Assembly: GCA_964252075.1 (NCBI GenBank)
Contig: CAXULY010000010.1
Coordinates: forward strand, 64,327 to 128,326
Direction of reading: 5' to 3'
From: an uncultured Deinococcaceae bacterium
GTDB taxonomy: Bacteria > Deinococcota > Deinococci > Deinococcales > Deinococcaceae
Length of the DNA stretch: 64,000 nucleotides
Position numbers and translations under genes: made by a program. This document shows, piece by piece, positions 37,921-47,593 of this stretch (the first letter of the stretch is position 1; the number at the start of each line of letters is the position of its first letter). The notes under the pieces were generated by a model. That model saw nothing but the letters and a program-made list of their open reading frames with translations, ran no database searches and was not told where the DNA came from.

Positions 37921-38237
37921 CACGCCTCATGCAGGACGGCCCGGTGTGGAGTTCCTTCCACTGGGTGCTACGAAGACAACAGGCAGAGCAGCTTGCACTC
38001 ATCAAGCCGGGCAAGGTCGCACAGCTCATCGTGGAAGACCGCAGTTACCGCATCCTGCGCGCAGAGGACTACTCGCGCCTTGAAGAGCACGCCCAGTGGG
38101 TAAGCGACATGATGGACGCCCAGCGGCTCCTGACGGACGCGGCCATCGTGAACGCCGAGCACCCCACGGAGGCGTCCAAGCGCCTGCTCATGGCGTGCGT
38201 GGAGCGCCTAACGAAACTCTGGGAGGCCCGGCCATGA
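37917..38237 (+). CDS. Hypothetical protein (weak Phd/YefM-like pattern)
   Basis: GGAGG SD, ATGA-coupled. Confidence 0.65.
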   Translation: MTRLMQDGPVWSSFHWVLRRQQAEQLALIKPGKVAQLIVEDRSYRILRAEDYSRLEEHAQWVSDMMDAQRLLTDAAIVNAEHPTEASKRLLMACVERLTKLWEARP

Positions 38238-38452
38238 TTCGCGTGACCGTCGAGGTGCTTCCTCAGGGCAACCCGGCGCGGGCGGAGAAGATCGGGGAGT
38301 TGCTGATCTCCAACCAGTCCGGCATGGCCTCCCCGGCCACCTACCTTGTGTCGGCCAGCGGAAACAATTACTCGTTCTCCGGAACGTTCACCCATGACCG
38401 CCGAGACAGCGTGTGGGCGCTGATTCGGAAGGCACTCCGGGGGCGTGGATGA
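38234..38452 (+). CDS. Small phage hypothetical protein
   Basis: MIRVTVE..P.G....IG...I.N...VW.LI..AL. Confidence 0.7.
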   Translation: MIRVTVEVLPQGNPARAEKIGELLISNQSGMASPATYLVSASGNNYSFSGTFTHDRRDSVWALIRKALRGRG

Positions 38453-38790
38453 GCCGCACGACCGCCGCGGACCTCGCCGTGTACGCTCAGTTGGGTCAGA
38501 GGATCGCACTGCACCGCAAACGTCAGGGGCTCACACAAGACGACCTCGGCGTGGCCCTGGGTGTTCACGGCGTCGTGGTGTCCCGCTGGGAAACCGCCAC
38601 ACGACGCCCAAGCATCACTGATCTGCTGGCGCTCTCCAAGGCCCTGCGGGTGCCCTTGTCGGTGCTGCTGGACGCGCAGGAGGACACGATGACGGATAAC
38701 ACGCGCGAGTACATCCTGAGCGGCGTGCAGACGATCCTGGCAGCCTTGGATATGACGGCATTGGTGAAACCTAACCCCTCCAACCCCTGA
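38449..38790 (+). CDS. XRE-family HTH regulator
   Basis: RKRQGLTQDDLG..LGV....VSRWE. Confidence 0.88.
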   Translation: MSRTTAADLAVYAQLGQRIALHRKRQGLTQDDLGVALGVHGVVVSRWETATRRPSITDLLALSKALRVPLSVLLDAQEDTMTDNTREYILSGVQTILAALDMTALVKPNPSNP

Positions 38791-38873
38791 CCCGTTAGAC
38801 TCCGTTCGTGGACCGCCCGCCGCAGGGTCGGCCCACTTTCTGATTCAGAAACTCCGCGTGTCAGATTTGACGG

Positions 38874-39068
38874 TCACACCATGCGGCGACCGTCCGGCCA
38901 GAGGAGCAGCGTGCACCAGTACCCACGGTCAAGGATGTGTTCGAGGCTCACGACGTAGTGCGTGCGGGCGTCAAAGACCTCCTTGACGTACCAATTGGGT
39001 TCCTGGTCGGTGCCGTGGGGGATGGTGATGACCTCCCCCACTTCGGGCACACGTCGCGCTTCGGACAT
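38874..39068 (-). CDS. Small hypothetical protein
   Basis: Protein-like 64-aa ORF. Confidence 0.55.
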   Translation of the reverse strand: MSEARRVPEVGEVITIPHGTDQEPNWYVKEVFDARTHYVVSLEHILDRGYWCTLLLWPDGRRMV

Positions 39069-39096
39069 GACAGAAAGATATCAGGTACATTTCGCC

Positions 39097-39137
39097 TGTG
39101 GATAAATGAACGGTTATCCACAGGGCATTGTGGATAA
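39097..39137. promoter_or_regulatory. Three perfect DnaA boxes
   Basis: TGTGGATAA 39097, TTATCCACA 39114, TGTGGATAA 39129. Confidence 0.8.
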
Positions 39138-39336
39138 ACCTTGCTACGCTCTCATCACCGACTAGGGCCCCGGAGGCGTGTGAGACGGTCGGGCGGGGCC
39201 GCCCATGTGCGCGCCCCGCCTTTCATGTCATGCGCATGACCCACTTCTAGGTCATGCAAGGGGCTTTCTACATCGGCCCAAACTAGAAAGAATCGCGCCT
39301 CTTTTTTGCGTTGTCAGAAACTGCTACCATCAGGGC

Positions 39337-39506
39337 AGAGGGAGCGGTCACTGAGGGCGGTAGTACCGGCGCGAGCCAAATCTGACTGCCGAGCGACCTG
39401 AGCCGTGACCGAAACGGGGCCAGCACCGGTAGCCGCTGGAAGCAGTCCGGCTATAAACGGGCCGTCACGACGGTGACGTGGGGGGCGAGCCTTAACGCTC
39501 GCCTCT
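39337..39506 (+). ncRNA. Candidate structured non-coding RNA
   Basis: -10 TACCAT 39325-39330; nested stems, GCGA tetraloop, 3' hairpin; no ATG. Confidence 0.45.
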
Positions 39507-39532
39507 TGTCATTGCCGGTTACAATCCAGCGC

Positions 39533-39733
39533 ATGACCTTTCTCCCCGGCCTGCCCCTCACCAGCCTCACGGATGTCAAGGAGAAGCAGCTCTACCATCT
39601 GCCCTGCAAGGACGGCGACGCCGCCACCATCCAACTCGACGGGAACGTGTGGCGCTGGCGCAAGCTGAAGGGCGACGGGTACGGCGAGGGCGGGCGCACG
39701 CAGCTGGAGGAATGGCTCAAGGCGCAGCGGTAA
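39533..39733 (+). CDS. Small hypothetical protein (leaderless)
   Basis: TACAAT 39520-39525, 7 nt before ATG. Confidence 0.7.
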   Translation: MTFLPGLPLTSLTDVKEKQLYHLPCKDGDAATIQLDGNVWRWRKLKGDGYGEGGRTQLEEWLKAQR

Positions 39734-39888
39734 CCCACGTCCGCACGACCACCCACCCGGCCTCCTCGAACCACGCCACGCGCGCCGCGAGCGCCCCCGC
39801 CGACGCCTGCACGAGGTGCAACCGATGCTCCCCGCTCCGGGTGACCTTCACGAGCAGGGCGTGATGCCTTTCTACCACCGCACCGTTC

Positions 39889-40515
39889 GTGCTGACGGAC
39901 CTCGCGGAGAACGGCGGCATCCGGCCCTTCGTGGCGCGCGCGGTGCGGCGGGCGCTGTTCGAGCCCGCGCCCTTCGCGCTGGAGGCCGCGACCGAGTGGA
40001 CGGAGCAGCTCGTGCCGTGGGAGGACCCGGCGCTGCAGGCGGTGCCGCGCCACTTCACGCCGTCGTCCGGCTGGGTGTGGCTGCAGGGCGCGGCGCCCGC
40101 CGAGGGTCACCTGCTGGGCGGCTGCCTGGAGGTGCTGGACATGCTGAACGGCACGCCCGGCTGGCCGGAGCCCGCGTTGTGGCGGGGCGCGGTGCTGTGC
40201 CTGGAGACGTCCGAGGACGTGCCGCCCCCGCAGCAGGTGGGGTACTGGCTGCGGAATTTCGGCGCGCAGGGCATCCTGGGTGGCGCGGCGGGCCTCCTGC
40301 TGGCCCGCCCGCGCGGGTACACGCCCGAGATGACGGGGGCGCTGCACGGCTGGGTGCGGCGGGTGCTGTGGGAGTGCGGGCGCGAGGACCTGCCTGTGCT
40401 CGCGAACGTGGATTTCGGGCACACCAGCCCGCAGCTGGTGCTGCCGCTGGGCGCGCGGCTGCGGCTGGACCCGCTGGCAGGCACGGCAGAGGTGCTGGAC
40501 GCGGGCGTGGCGTAG
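39889..40515 (+). pseudogene. 3' part of an S66 (MccF/LD-carboxypeptidase) family peptidase gene
   Basis: G.LLGGCLE, LETSE, DFGHT.P present; the N-terminal Ser-containing domain is missing. Confidence 0.8.
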
Positions 40516-40581
40516 GGGGCTGGCCGCTCCCGGGATTTCTTCAGCGGGAGGACGCCTGGGCGCCCTCCCGCTCTTCCACCG

Positions 40582-41040
40582 TCAGCCTAGCTTCTTGACT
40601 TCGGCCAGCACCACTTCGGGCCGCAGGGTGTAATCGCCGGTCTTGGCTTCCACGTACTCGAAGCGCACGGTGCCCGCCCGGTCAATCACGAACACCGCGC
40701 GGCCGGACATGGCGCGCTCGTCAATCGCGACGCCGTACGCGCGCGCGGCTTCCAGGTGCATGTCCGCGAGGAGCGGCACGTCAATGCCGTACTCCGCCGC
40801 CCACGCGCGGTGCGTGTGCACGCTGTCGCGGTTCACGCCGAGGACCACCGCGCCCGCCTCCTGGAAGTCATCCTGGCGTCCGGAGTACTCGGGCAGCTGG
40901 ATGCTGCACACGGGGCTGAAGTCCAGCGGGTAGAAGACCAGCACGACCACGTTGTGGCCCTGGTAGCTGGAGAGGGTGATGGTGTCGCCCGTGGAGGCCG
41001 GGAGCGTGAAGTCGGGCGCGGGCTGACCGGTGAGGCTCAT
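40582..41040 (-). CDS. Peroxiredoxin (AhpC/TSA family)
   Basis: APDFTL, FYPLDFSPVC, RAVFVID; leaderless TACACT. Confidence 0.92.
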   Translation of the reverse strand: MSLTGQPAPDFTLPASTGDTITLSSYQGHNVVVLVFYPLDFSPVCSIQLPEYSGRQDDFQEAGAVVLGVNRDSVHTHRAWAAEYGIDVPLLADMHLEAARAYGVAIDERAMSGRAVFVIDRAGTVRFEYVEAKTGDYTLRPEVVLAEVKKLG

Positions 41041-41071
41041 GCCCCCCAGTGTAGCCTGCGCCCGGGGCGCC

Positions 41072-42010
41072 TCAGGGGAGGCGCGCCATGCGTTCGGCGA
41101 GCAGGTCGTAGAAGGCGTTGGCGTCGGCGCGCACGGCGACTTTCGCGTTCGGCGCCTCGTCGCTCACGTTCCCGACGTCCGCGAGGGAACGCCCGAAGTG
41201 CAGGCCCTCGGCATCGTCAATCCACACGCGCAGGTCCTGGAACGCGAACAGGTCCGGCTGGATGAGGTACGCGATGGTGCACGGGTCGTGCAGGGCGCTG
41301 TACTGCGCGCGGCCGCGCGCCTCCAGGCGGCTCAGGTAATCGTTCATGAAGTCCGCGCAGGCGCGCGCGCACGCGGTGCCGACCGCGCGCAGGCGCGCCT
41401 CGTCCTGGCGGCGCACGGGCACCTGCCGCGTGACGTTCAGGCCGAACATGGTGAGCTTCAGTCCCGCTTCGGCGGCGGCGTCGAAGACCATGCGGGCGGC
41501 GTGCGGGTCCGCGAGGAAGTTGAATTCCGCGGCGGGCGAGGCGTTCCCGGCGTCGGTGCTGCCGCCCATCACGACGACTTCCGTGAGGAGTTCAGGGAGG
41601 CGCGGCTCCAGGCGCAGCGCGAGCGCGACGTTCGTGAGGGGCCCCGTCGCGACGACCGTGAGGCCCGGCGCGCGGCGCGCCTCGTCCACGATGGCCTGCG
41701 CGGCGCGCGTGGGCGCCACCTCCTGCACGGGGTCCGGGAGGCGCACGTCCCCGATGCCGCTCTCGCCGTGCACCTGCGGGGCGTGCAGGGCGGGGCGCAG
41801 CAGCGGGCGGTCCGCCCCGGCGTGCACGGGCACGTCGCGCTGCGCGAGCGCGAGGAGGCGCAGGGCGTTCTCGGTGGTGCGCGGGAGGGCCACGTTGCCG
41901 TGCGTGGTGGTGACGGCCACCACCTCCAGTTCGGGGCTCGCGAGGGCCAGCAGCAGCGCCACGGCGTCGTCGTGGCCGGGGTCGCAGTCGTGAATGATGC
42001 GGCGCGTCAT
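41072..42010 (-). CDS. Nucleoside hydrolase (IU-NH family)
   Basis: DCDPGHDD, GPLTNVA, AEFN..DP, LHDP; leaderless TACACT. Confidence 0.95.
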   Translation of the reverse strand: MTRRIIHDCDPGHDDAVALLLALASPELEVVAVTTTHGNVALPRTTENALRLLALAQRDVPVHAGADRPLLRPALHAPQVHGESGIGDVRLPDPVQEVAPTRAAQAIVDEARRAPGLTVVATGPLTNVALALRLEPRLPELLTEVVVMGGSTDAGNASPAAEFNFLADPHAARMVFDAAAEAGLKLTMFGLNVTRQVPVRRQDEARLRAVGTACARACADFMNDYLSRLEARGRAQYSALHDPCTIAYLIQPDLFAFQDLRVWIDDAEGLHFGRSLADVGNVSDEAPNAKVAVRADANAFYDLLAERMARLP

Positions 42011-42122
42011 GGGGGCCAGTGTACGCGCGGCGGGCGTGGGGCGGTCAGAACGTGCGCGCGGCTCGGGCGTTAGGCCACATGGCGGATGGGGCGCGGCCCC
42101 ACCCTCCCCTACGCTGTCGGGC

Positions 42123-42209
42123 ATGAGCGGACAGCTGACCCCCGACGCGCGCCCTGTGTGGCGCGTCGGCGCGGGCCTGCCCGTGCTCCCGCCGCCCTTC
42201 GGGGTGTAA
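42123..42209 (+). CDS. Putative proS leader peptide MSGQLTPDARPVWRVGAGLPVLPPPFGV
   Basis: TACGCT 7 nt before ATG; PPP near the stop; overlapping alternative hairpins. Confidence 0.6.
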   Translation: MSGQLTPDARPVWRVGAGLPVLPPPFGV

Positions 42210-42286
42210 ACGCCCGCCCGCCTTGGTGGCGCCTTCTGGCGCCGCCCGCGTTTCACACCCCCATTCCCCCATCAGGAGGTTCGCCC

Positions 42287-44047
42287 ATGCGGCTGAGCCA
42301 GTCTTTGTTCGTCACGACGCGCGAGGTGCCGGAGGGCGCCGAGCTTCGCAGTCACCAGTTGCTGCTCCAGGCGGGCTTCGTGCGGCGCGTGGGGCCCGGC
42401 CTGTACGTGCAGTTGCCGCTCATGCAGCGCGTGCTGCGCAAAATGGAGGCGCTGGTGCGCCACGAGATGCAGGCCCTGGGCGCGCAGGAGGTCGCGTGGC
42501 CGGACCTGCAGCCCGCCGAGCTGTGGCAGGCCAGCGGGCGCTGGGGCGCGTACCGCGCGGAGTCCCTGCTGTTCACCCTGGAGGACCGCGCGGGCCGCGC
42601 GCTGGTCCTGGCGCCCACGCACGAGGAGGTCGCGGCGGCGCTGGCGCGCGACCTCCTGCGCAGCCACCGGCAGTTGCCGCAGGTGGTGTATCAGGTGGGG
42701 CGCAAGTTCCGCGACGAGCGGCGCCCGCGCGCCCTGCTGCTGCGCGCGCGGGAGTTCGTGATGAAGGACGCGTACAGCTTCCACGCGAACGCCGGGAGCC
42801 TGCGCGGGACCTTCGAGGCAATGAGTGGCGCGTACGCGCGCGTCCTGACGCGCCTGGACCTGCCGTGGCGCATGATCGAGGCGGACAGCGGCGCGATGGG
42901 GGGTGCGGGCAGCCGGGAGTTCACGGTGCTGACCGACGCGGGTGAGGACGAGGTGCTCGGCACGCCCGACGGCCGCTACACCGCGAACGCCGAGAGCGCC
43001 GAGGGCCTCCCGGAGCCCGCGCAGGCGAGTCCCTTCACGCACGTGGAGCGGCGCTTCCTGCCGGACGTGCGCACGGTGGACGCCCTGTGCGCCGCGCTGG
43101 GCTGCGCGGCCAGCGCGGTGGTGCAGCAGGTGCCGTTCGAGGCGACCTTCACGGTGGCGGGCGGCGCGCGGCGGGTGCCGGTGCGGGTGAGCGTGCGGGG
43201 GGACGGGCGCGTGAACGCCGCGAAGCTCGCCGCGCACCTCGCGGGGCGGGCTTCGCAGTTCGGGGCGTCGGGCCTGCAGTCCCTAGATGTGGGGACGGAC
43301 GAACCGCAGGCTGCGGGCAGCGGGCAGCAGCGGGTCCTGCGGCTGGCGGACGAGAGCGTGCGCGACCTTACGGGCTTCGTGACGGGCGACGCCGAGCCCG
43401 GCTGGTTCGTGCTGGGCGCCCGCTGGGGCGCGGACCTCGACCTGCCGGAGCTGGTGGACGTGTGGCAGGCACGCGCAGGGGAACGCAGCCGCCACGACCC
43501 GGCGCAGCGCCTGGAGTCCCGGCGCGGCGTGGAGGTCGCGCACGTGTTCGAGCTGGGCCCGCGCTACGCGGTGGCGCTCGGCGCGACCTTCGCGGGCGCG
43601 GACGGCGCGGAGCGTCCGCTCGTGATGGGGTGTTACGGCCTGGGCGTGACGCGCCTCGCGCAGACGGTCGCGGAGGTGCACCTAGATGCGCGCGGCCTGA
43701 ACTGGCCCGCCGTGATCGCGCCGTTCGAGGTGCTGGTCACGCTCACGGCGGCGCACGACGCGCAGCAGCGCGAGGTGGGCGAGCGCCTGTACGCCGAGCT
43801 GCGCGCGGCGGGGCTGGACGTGGCGCTGGACGACCGGGACGAGCGGGCGGGCGTGAAGCTGCGGGACGCCGAGCTAATCGGGGTGCCGTGGCGCGTCACG
43901 CTGGGCCGCGCGCTCGCCTCGGGCCGGGCGGAGGTGACGGAGCGCCGCAGCGGGCGCACGGTGGAACTGGAGGTGCGGGAGGTCGCGGCGCACCTGCGGG
44001 CGCAACCCGCGCTGTCACGCACCGCTCAGGCGGGCGTGTTTCCATGA
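42287..44047 (+). CDS. proS: Proline--tRNA ligase, bacterial type with degenerate insertion domain
   Basis: SHQLL..AG, PTHEE, KFRDE.RPR...R.REF.MKDAYSF, MGCYG.G..R, DDR.ERAGVK..DAELIG.P. Confidence 0.92.
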   Translation: MRLSQSLFVTTREVPEGAELRSHQLLLQAGFVRRVGPGLYVQLPLMQRVLRKMEALVRHEMQALGAQEVAWPDLQPAELWQASGRWGAYRAESLLFTLEDRAGRALVLAPTHEEVAAALARDLLRSHRQLPQVVYQVGRKFRDERRPRALLLRAREFVMKDAYSFHANAGSLRGTFEAMSGAYARVLTRLDLPWRMIEADSGAMGGAGSREFTVLTDAGEDEVLGTPDGRYTANAESAEGLPEPAQASPFTHVERRFLPDVRTVDALCAALGCAASAVVQQVPFEATFTVAGGARRVPVRVSVRGDGRVNAAKLAAHLAGRASQFGASGLQSLDVGTDEPQAAGSGQQRVLRLADESVRDLTGFVTGDAEPGWFVLGARWGADLDLPELVDVWQARAGERSRHDPAQRLESRRGVEVAHVFELGPRYAVALGATFAGADGAERPLVMGCYGLGVTRLAQTVAEVHLDARGLNWPAVIAPFEVLVTLTAAHDAQQREVGERLYAELRAAGLDVALDDRDERAGVKLRDAELIGVPWRVTLGRALASGRAEVTERRSGRTVELEVREVAAHLRAQPALSRTAQAGVFP

Positions 44048-44050
44048 GGC

Positions 44051-44473
44051 ATGCGAAGGGCCTTCCTGCTGGCCGCGCTGCTTGCGGGCAGCGCGGGCGC
44101 CGCGTACCAGAGTTCCTGCAATCAACTCCCGAAGTTCGGCCTGGGGGAGCTGGGCGCGCTGCCCGGCTGGGCGCTCCCGGACTGCTCGGACGGCGCCCTG
44201 ACTGCCGAGCGCAACACCGTGGCGAGCACCCTGAACGTGCTGTTCATTCAGAGTTACAACGCGAAACTCGCGTCTTTCGGGGGGCAGCGCGTGGCGCAGG
44301 ACCTGCAGGCCCGCATGCGCAAGGCCGGGTACTTCCCGCTCGCGTCGTCGCGCGAGGCGAACCAGGTGCGCACCACGTACGTGAACACCGTGAAGCAGAC
44401 GGCGTTCACGGTCCTGATGACCCTCTCCGGCAACCCGAACCACATGCAGCTGATCAAGACCAAGCTGAAGTGA
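44051..44473 (+). CDS. Exported hypothetical protein
   Basis: Signal peptide. Confidence 0.7.
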   Translation: MRRAFLLAALLAGSAGAAYQSSCNQLPKFGLGELGALPGWALPDCSDGALTAERNTVASTLNVLFIQSYNAKLASFGGQRVAQDLQARMRKAGYFPLASSREANQVRTTYVNTVKQTAFTVLMTLSGNPNHMQLIKTKLK

Positions 44474-44537
44474 CGCGGGGAGGATCGGCCCGGCCGCGAC
44501 TGCAAGAAGATGCAGCGAACCTGTATACTTTTTCCCT

Positions 44538-45515
<978 letters not shown>

Positions 45516-45520
45516 GGGCT

Positions 45521-46060
45521 GTGACCTTCTCGGGGCTGCTCACACCGCGCCTGCACCTGCGCGCCTTCCGGGAGGCGGATGCCGACGCGCTCGCCACCTA
45601 CCGGAGTGACCCCGAGGTGGCGCGCCATCAGGGCTGGCACACCCCTTACACGCAGGACGACGCGCTGGCCCTCATCCGCAGCATGCAGGACGGCACGCCG
45701 GGGCAGCCGGGCTGGTATCAGATCGCGCTGGAGGAGCGCGCGACGGGACAGCTGGTGGGGGACCTCGCGCTGCGCGGCGCGCCCCCCGGGCAGGCCGAAC
45801 TGGGGTTCACGCTCGCCCGGCACGCGCAGGGGCGTGGCCTCGCGGTGGAGGGCGCGCGCGCCCTGCTGAACCACGCCTTCCGCACGCTGCGCCTGCACCG
45901 GGTGTTCGCGGGCATCGATCCCCGCAACGAGCGCGCCGCGGCCCTCCTCGCGCGCCTGGGCTTCCGGCACGAGGGCACCGCGCTGGAAGCGTACTGGGAC
46001 GGGAACACCTGGACGGACGACGCGCAGTTCGCCCTGCTGGACCGGGAGTGGGGCGGATGA
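45521..46060 (+). CDS. GNAT (RimJ/RimL-type) acetyltransferase
   Basis: TPRL.LR, QGRG.A.E, N..A..LL.RLGF..EG. Confidence 0.9.
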   Translation: MTFSGLLTPRLHLRAFREADADALATYRSDPEVARHQGWHTPYTQDDALALIRSMQDGTPGQPGWYQIALEERATGQLVGDLALRGAPPGQAELGFTLARHAQGRGLAVEGARALLNHAFRTLRLHRVFAGIDPRNERAAALLARLGFRHEGTALEAYWDGNTWTDDAQFALLDREWGG

Positions 46061-46111
46061 ACCGCCCATTCGCCGTGAGGGGCGTGCATTATCATGCGCG
46101 GTGGTGAAGGC

Positions 46112-46570
46112 ATGAACACACAGGAACGGCTGGATCAGGCGATGCACGAACTGCAGCTGAAAACCGAGGCGCACATGGGGACGTGGCACCTGGACGAGAT
46201 GGACTGGAGCGTGGACCAGGGGACGGGCACCATCGTCTTTAACCACCCGGACGGCCTTCAGGCGAGCGCCCCGGTGCAGATCGTGGGGAGCCTCAACACG
46301 CAGGACGGCAGCTGGCTGTGGGCGACCGCGAACACCAGCGTGCGCCCGGAGCTCACGGCGCACGCGCGCCTCGCGCAGGCGGAACTCGCGCGGCTCGGCG
46401 CGCACGACCTCGCGGAGGACCGCCAGGCACTCGAGGAGTCCCGCGCCTGGGAGTACGCGGCGCTCGCCACACAGGTGGCCGGTGCGCAGGGCGCCTACCG
46501 CGGCCCGGCGGGACCCACCCTGATCTTCATGACCTTCGGGCAGGTCACGCTCTCGCGGGGGCAGGCGTGA
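46112..46570 (+). CDS. Conserved hypothetical protein (DUF6882-like)
   Basis: W..DQ..G.I.F, Q.VGS....SWLWA.AN, GAYRGP. Confidence 0.75.
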   Translation: MNTQERLDQAMHELQLKTEAHMGTWHLDEMDWSVDQGTGTIVFNHPDGLQASAPVQIVGSLNTQDGSWLWATANTSVRPELTAHARLAQAELARLGAHDLAEDRQALEESRAWEYAALATQVAGAQGAYRGPAGPTLIFMTFGQVTLSRGQA

Positions 46571-47544
46571 CGCCCCGCGTCTTCATTGACGGCGAGGCAG
46601 GCACCACGGGCCTGCAGATCCGCGCGCGCCTGGCGGGGCGGCGCGACCTGGAGCTGCTGAGCATCGCGCCGGAGAAACGCAAGGACGAAGCGGAGCGCGC
46701 GCGACTCCTGAACCTCGCGGACCTCGCCGTGCTGTGCCTGCACGACGACCTCGCCCGGCAGGCCGTGACGCTCATCGAGAACCCCCGGACGCGCGTGCTG
46801 GACGCCTCCAGCGCGCACCGCGTCGCGCCGGACTGGACCTACGGCTTCCCCGAGCTGACGGCAGGGCAGGCGGACGCCATCTGGGAGGCCCGCCTGGTGA
46901 GCAACCCCGGCTGTTACGCCACGGGCGCCATCGCACTCACGCGCCCCCTCACCGAGGCGGGCCTCCTGCCGCCCGACCACCCCATCAGCGTGCAGGGCCT
47001 CAGCGGGTACTCCGGCGGCGGGCGCACCCTCGTGGACGCGCACGAGGCGGGCGGCACGCACCCCCTCGCGGGCCCCATCAAGAGCTACGCGCTCGGCCTG
47101 GACCACAAGCACCTGCCGGAAATGCATCGGCACGGCGGCCTCAGCCGCACGCCACTCTTCACGCCCGTGGTGGGCGGCTGGCGGCAGGGCATGCTCGTGC
47201 AGATTCCCCTGCACCTGAACACCCTGCCCGGCACGCCAGAGGCCGCCGACCTGCACGCCGCACTGCAAGCACACTACGCGGGCCAGCGCTTCGTGCAGGT
47301 CATGCCGTACGAAGCGGGTCGCCCCACAGACCCCACCCTTGACCCGCAGGCGCTAAACGGCACGAACCAGTTGCAGCTCTTCGTATTCGCGAACCCCGCG
47401 CTCGGTCAGGCGCTGCTGGTGGCGCGCCTGGACAACCTCGGGAAGGGCGCGTCGGGCGCGGCTGTGCAGAACCTGGACCTCATGCTGGGCCTGCAGGGCG
47501 AACGCGACTACGCGGTGCCGGAAACCGCGGGCGCGGCCCGTTGA
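46567..47544 (+). CDS. argC: N-acetyl-gamma-glutamyl-phosphate reductase (type 2)
   Basis: [33 protein letters not shown]. Confidence 0.95.
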   Translation: MTPRVFIDGEAGTTGLQIRARLAGRRDLELLSIAPEKRKDEAERARLLNLADLAVLCLHDDLARQAVTLIENPRTRVLDASSAHRVAPDWTYGFPELTAGQADAIWEARLVSNPGCYATGAIALTRPLTEAGLLPPDHPISVQGLSGYSGGGRTLVDAHEAGGTHPLAGPIKSYALGLDHKHLPEMHRHGGLSRTPLFTPVVGGWRQGMLVQIPLHLNTLPGTPEAADLHAALQAHYAGQRFVQVMPYEAGRPTDPTLDPQALNGTNQLQLFVFANPALGQALLVARLDNLGKGASGAAVQNLDLMLGLQGERDYAVPETAGAAR

Positions 47545-47558
47545 CGGAAGACCGGAAA

Positions 47559-47593
47559 AAGAACGCCCGGCCGATTGGCCGGGTGTTCTTCTT
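47559..47593. terminator. Bidirectional terminator (argC / tRNA 3' end)
   Basis: AAGAACGCCCGGCC-GATT-GGCCGGGTGTTCTT. Confidence 0.85.

Larger units (their letters stand above)
1..39885 (+). mobile_element. Siphovirus-type prophage (left end and integrase outside the window; right boundary ~39845-39889)
   Basis: Collinear terS-terL-portal-scaffold-capsid-head/tail-TMP-fibre-lysis order; ends at a 5'-truncated host S66 gene. Confidence 0.93.

Noticed and set aside
39400..39432. Group II intron domain V or hammerhead ribozyme
   Set aside because: GAGCCG..GAAA is present but the D5 pairing is not; no CTGATGA core; no RT gene nearby
39717..39878. Small minus-strand ORF (VVERHHALLVKV...) at the prophage edge
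   Set aside because: No SD or promoter visible; may be real or a junction fragment, but support is insufficient
42010..42287. T-box riboswitch upstream of proS
   Set aside because: GGTGGCGCC only loosely resembles the T-box; no stem I motifs or U-tract terminator
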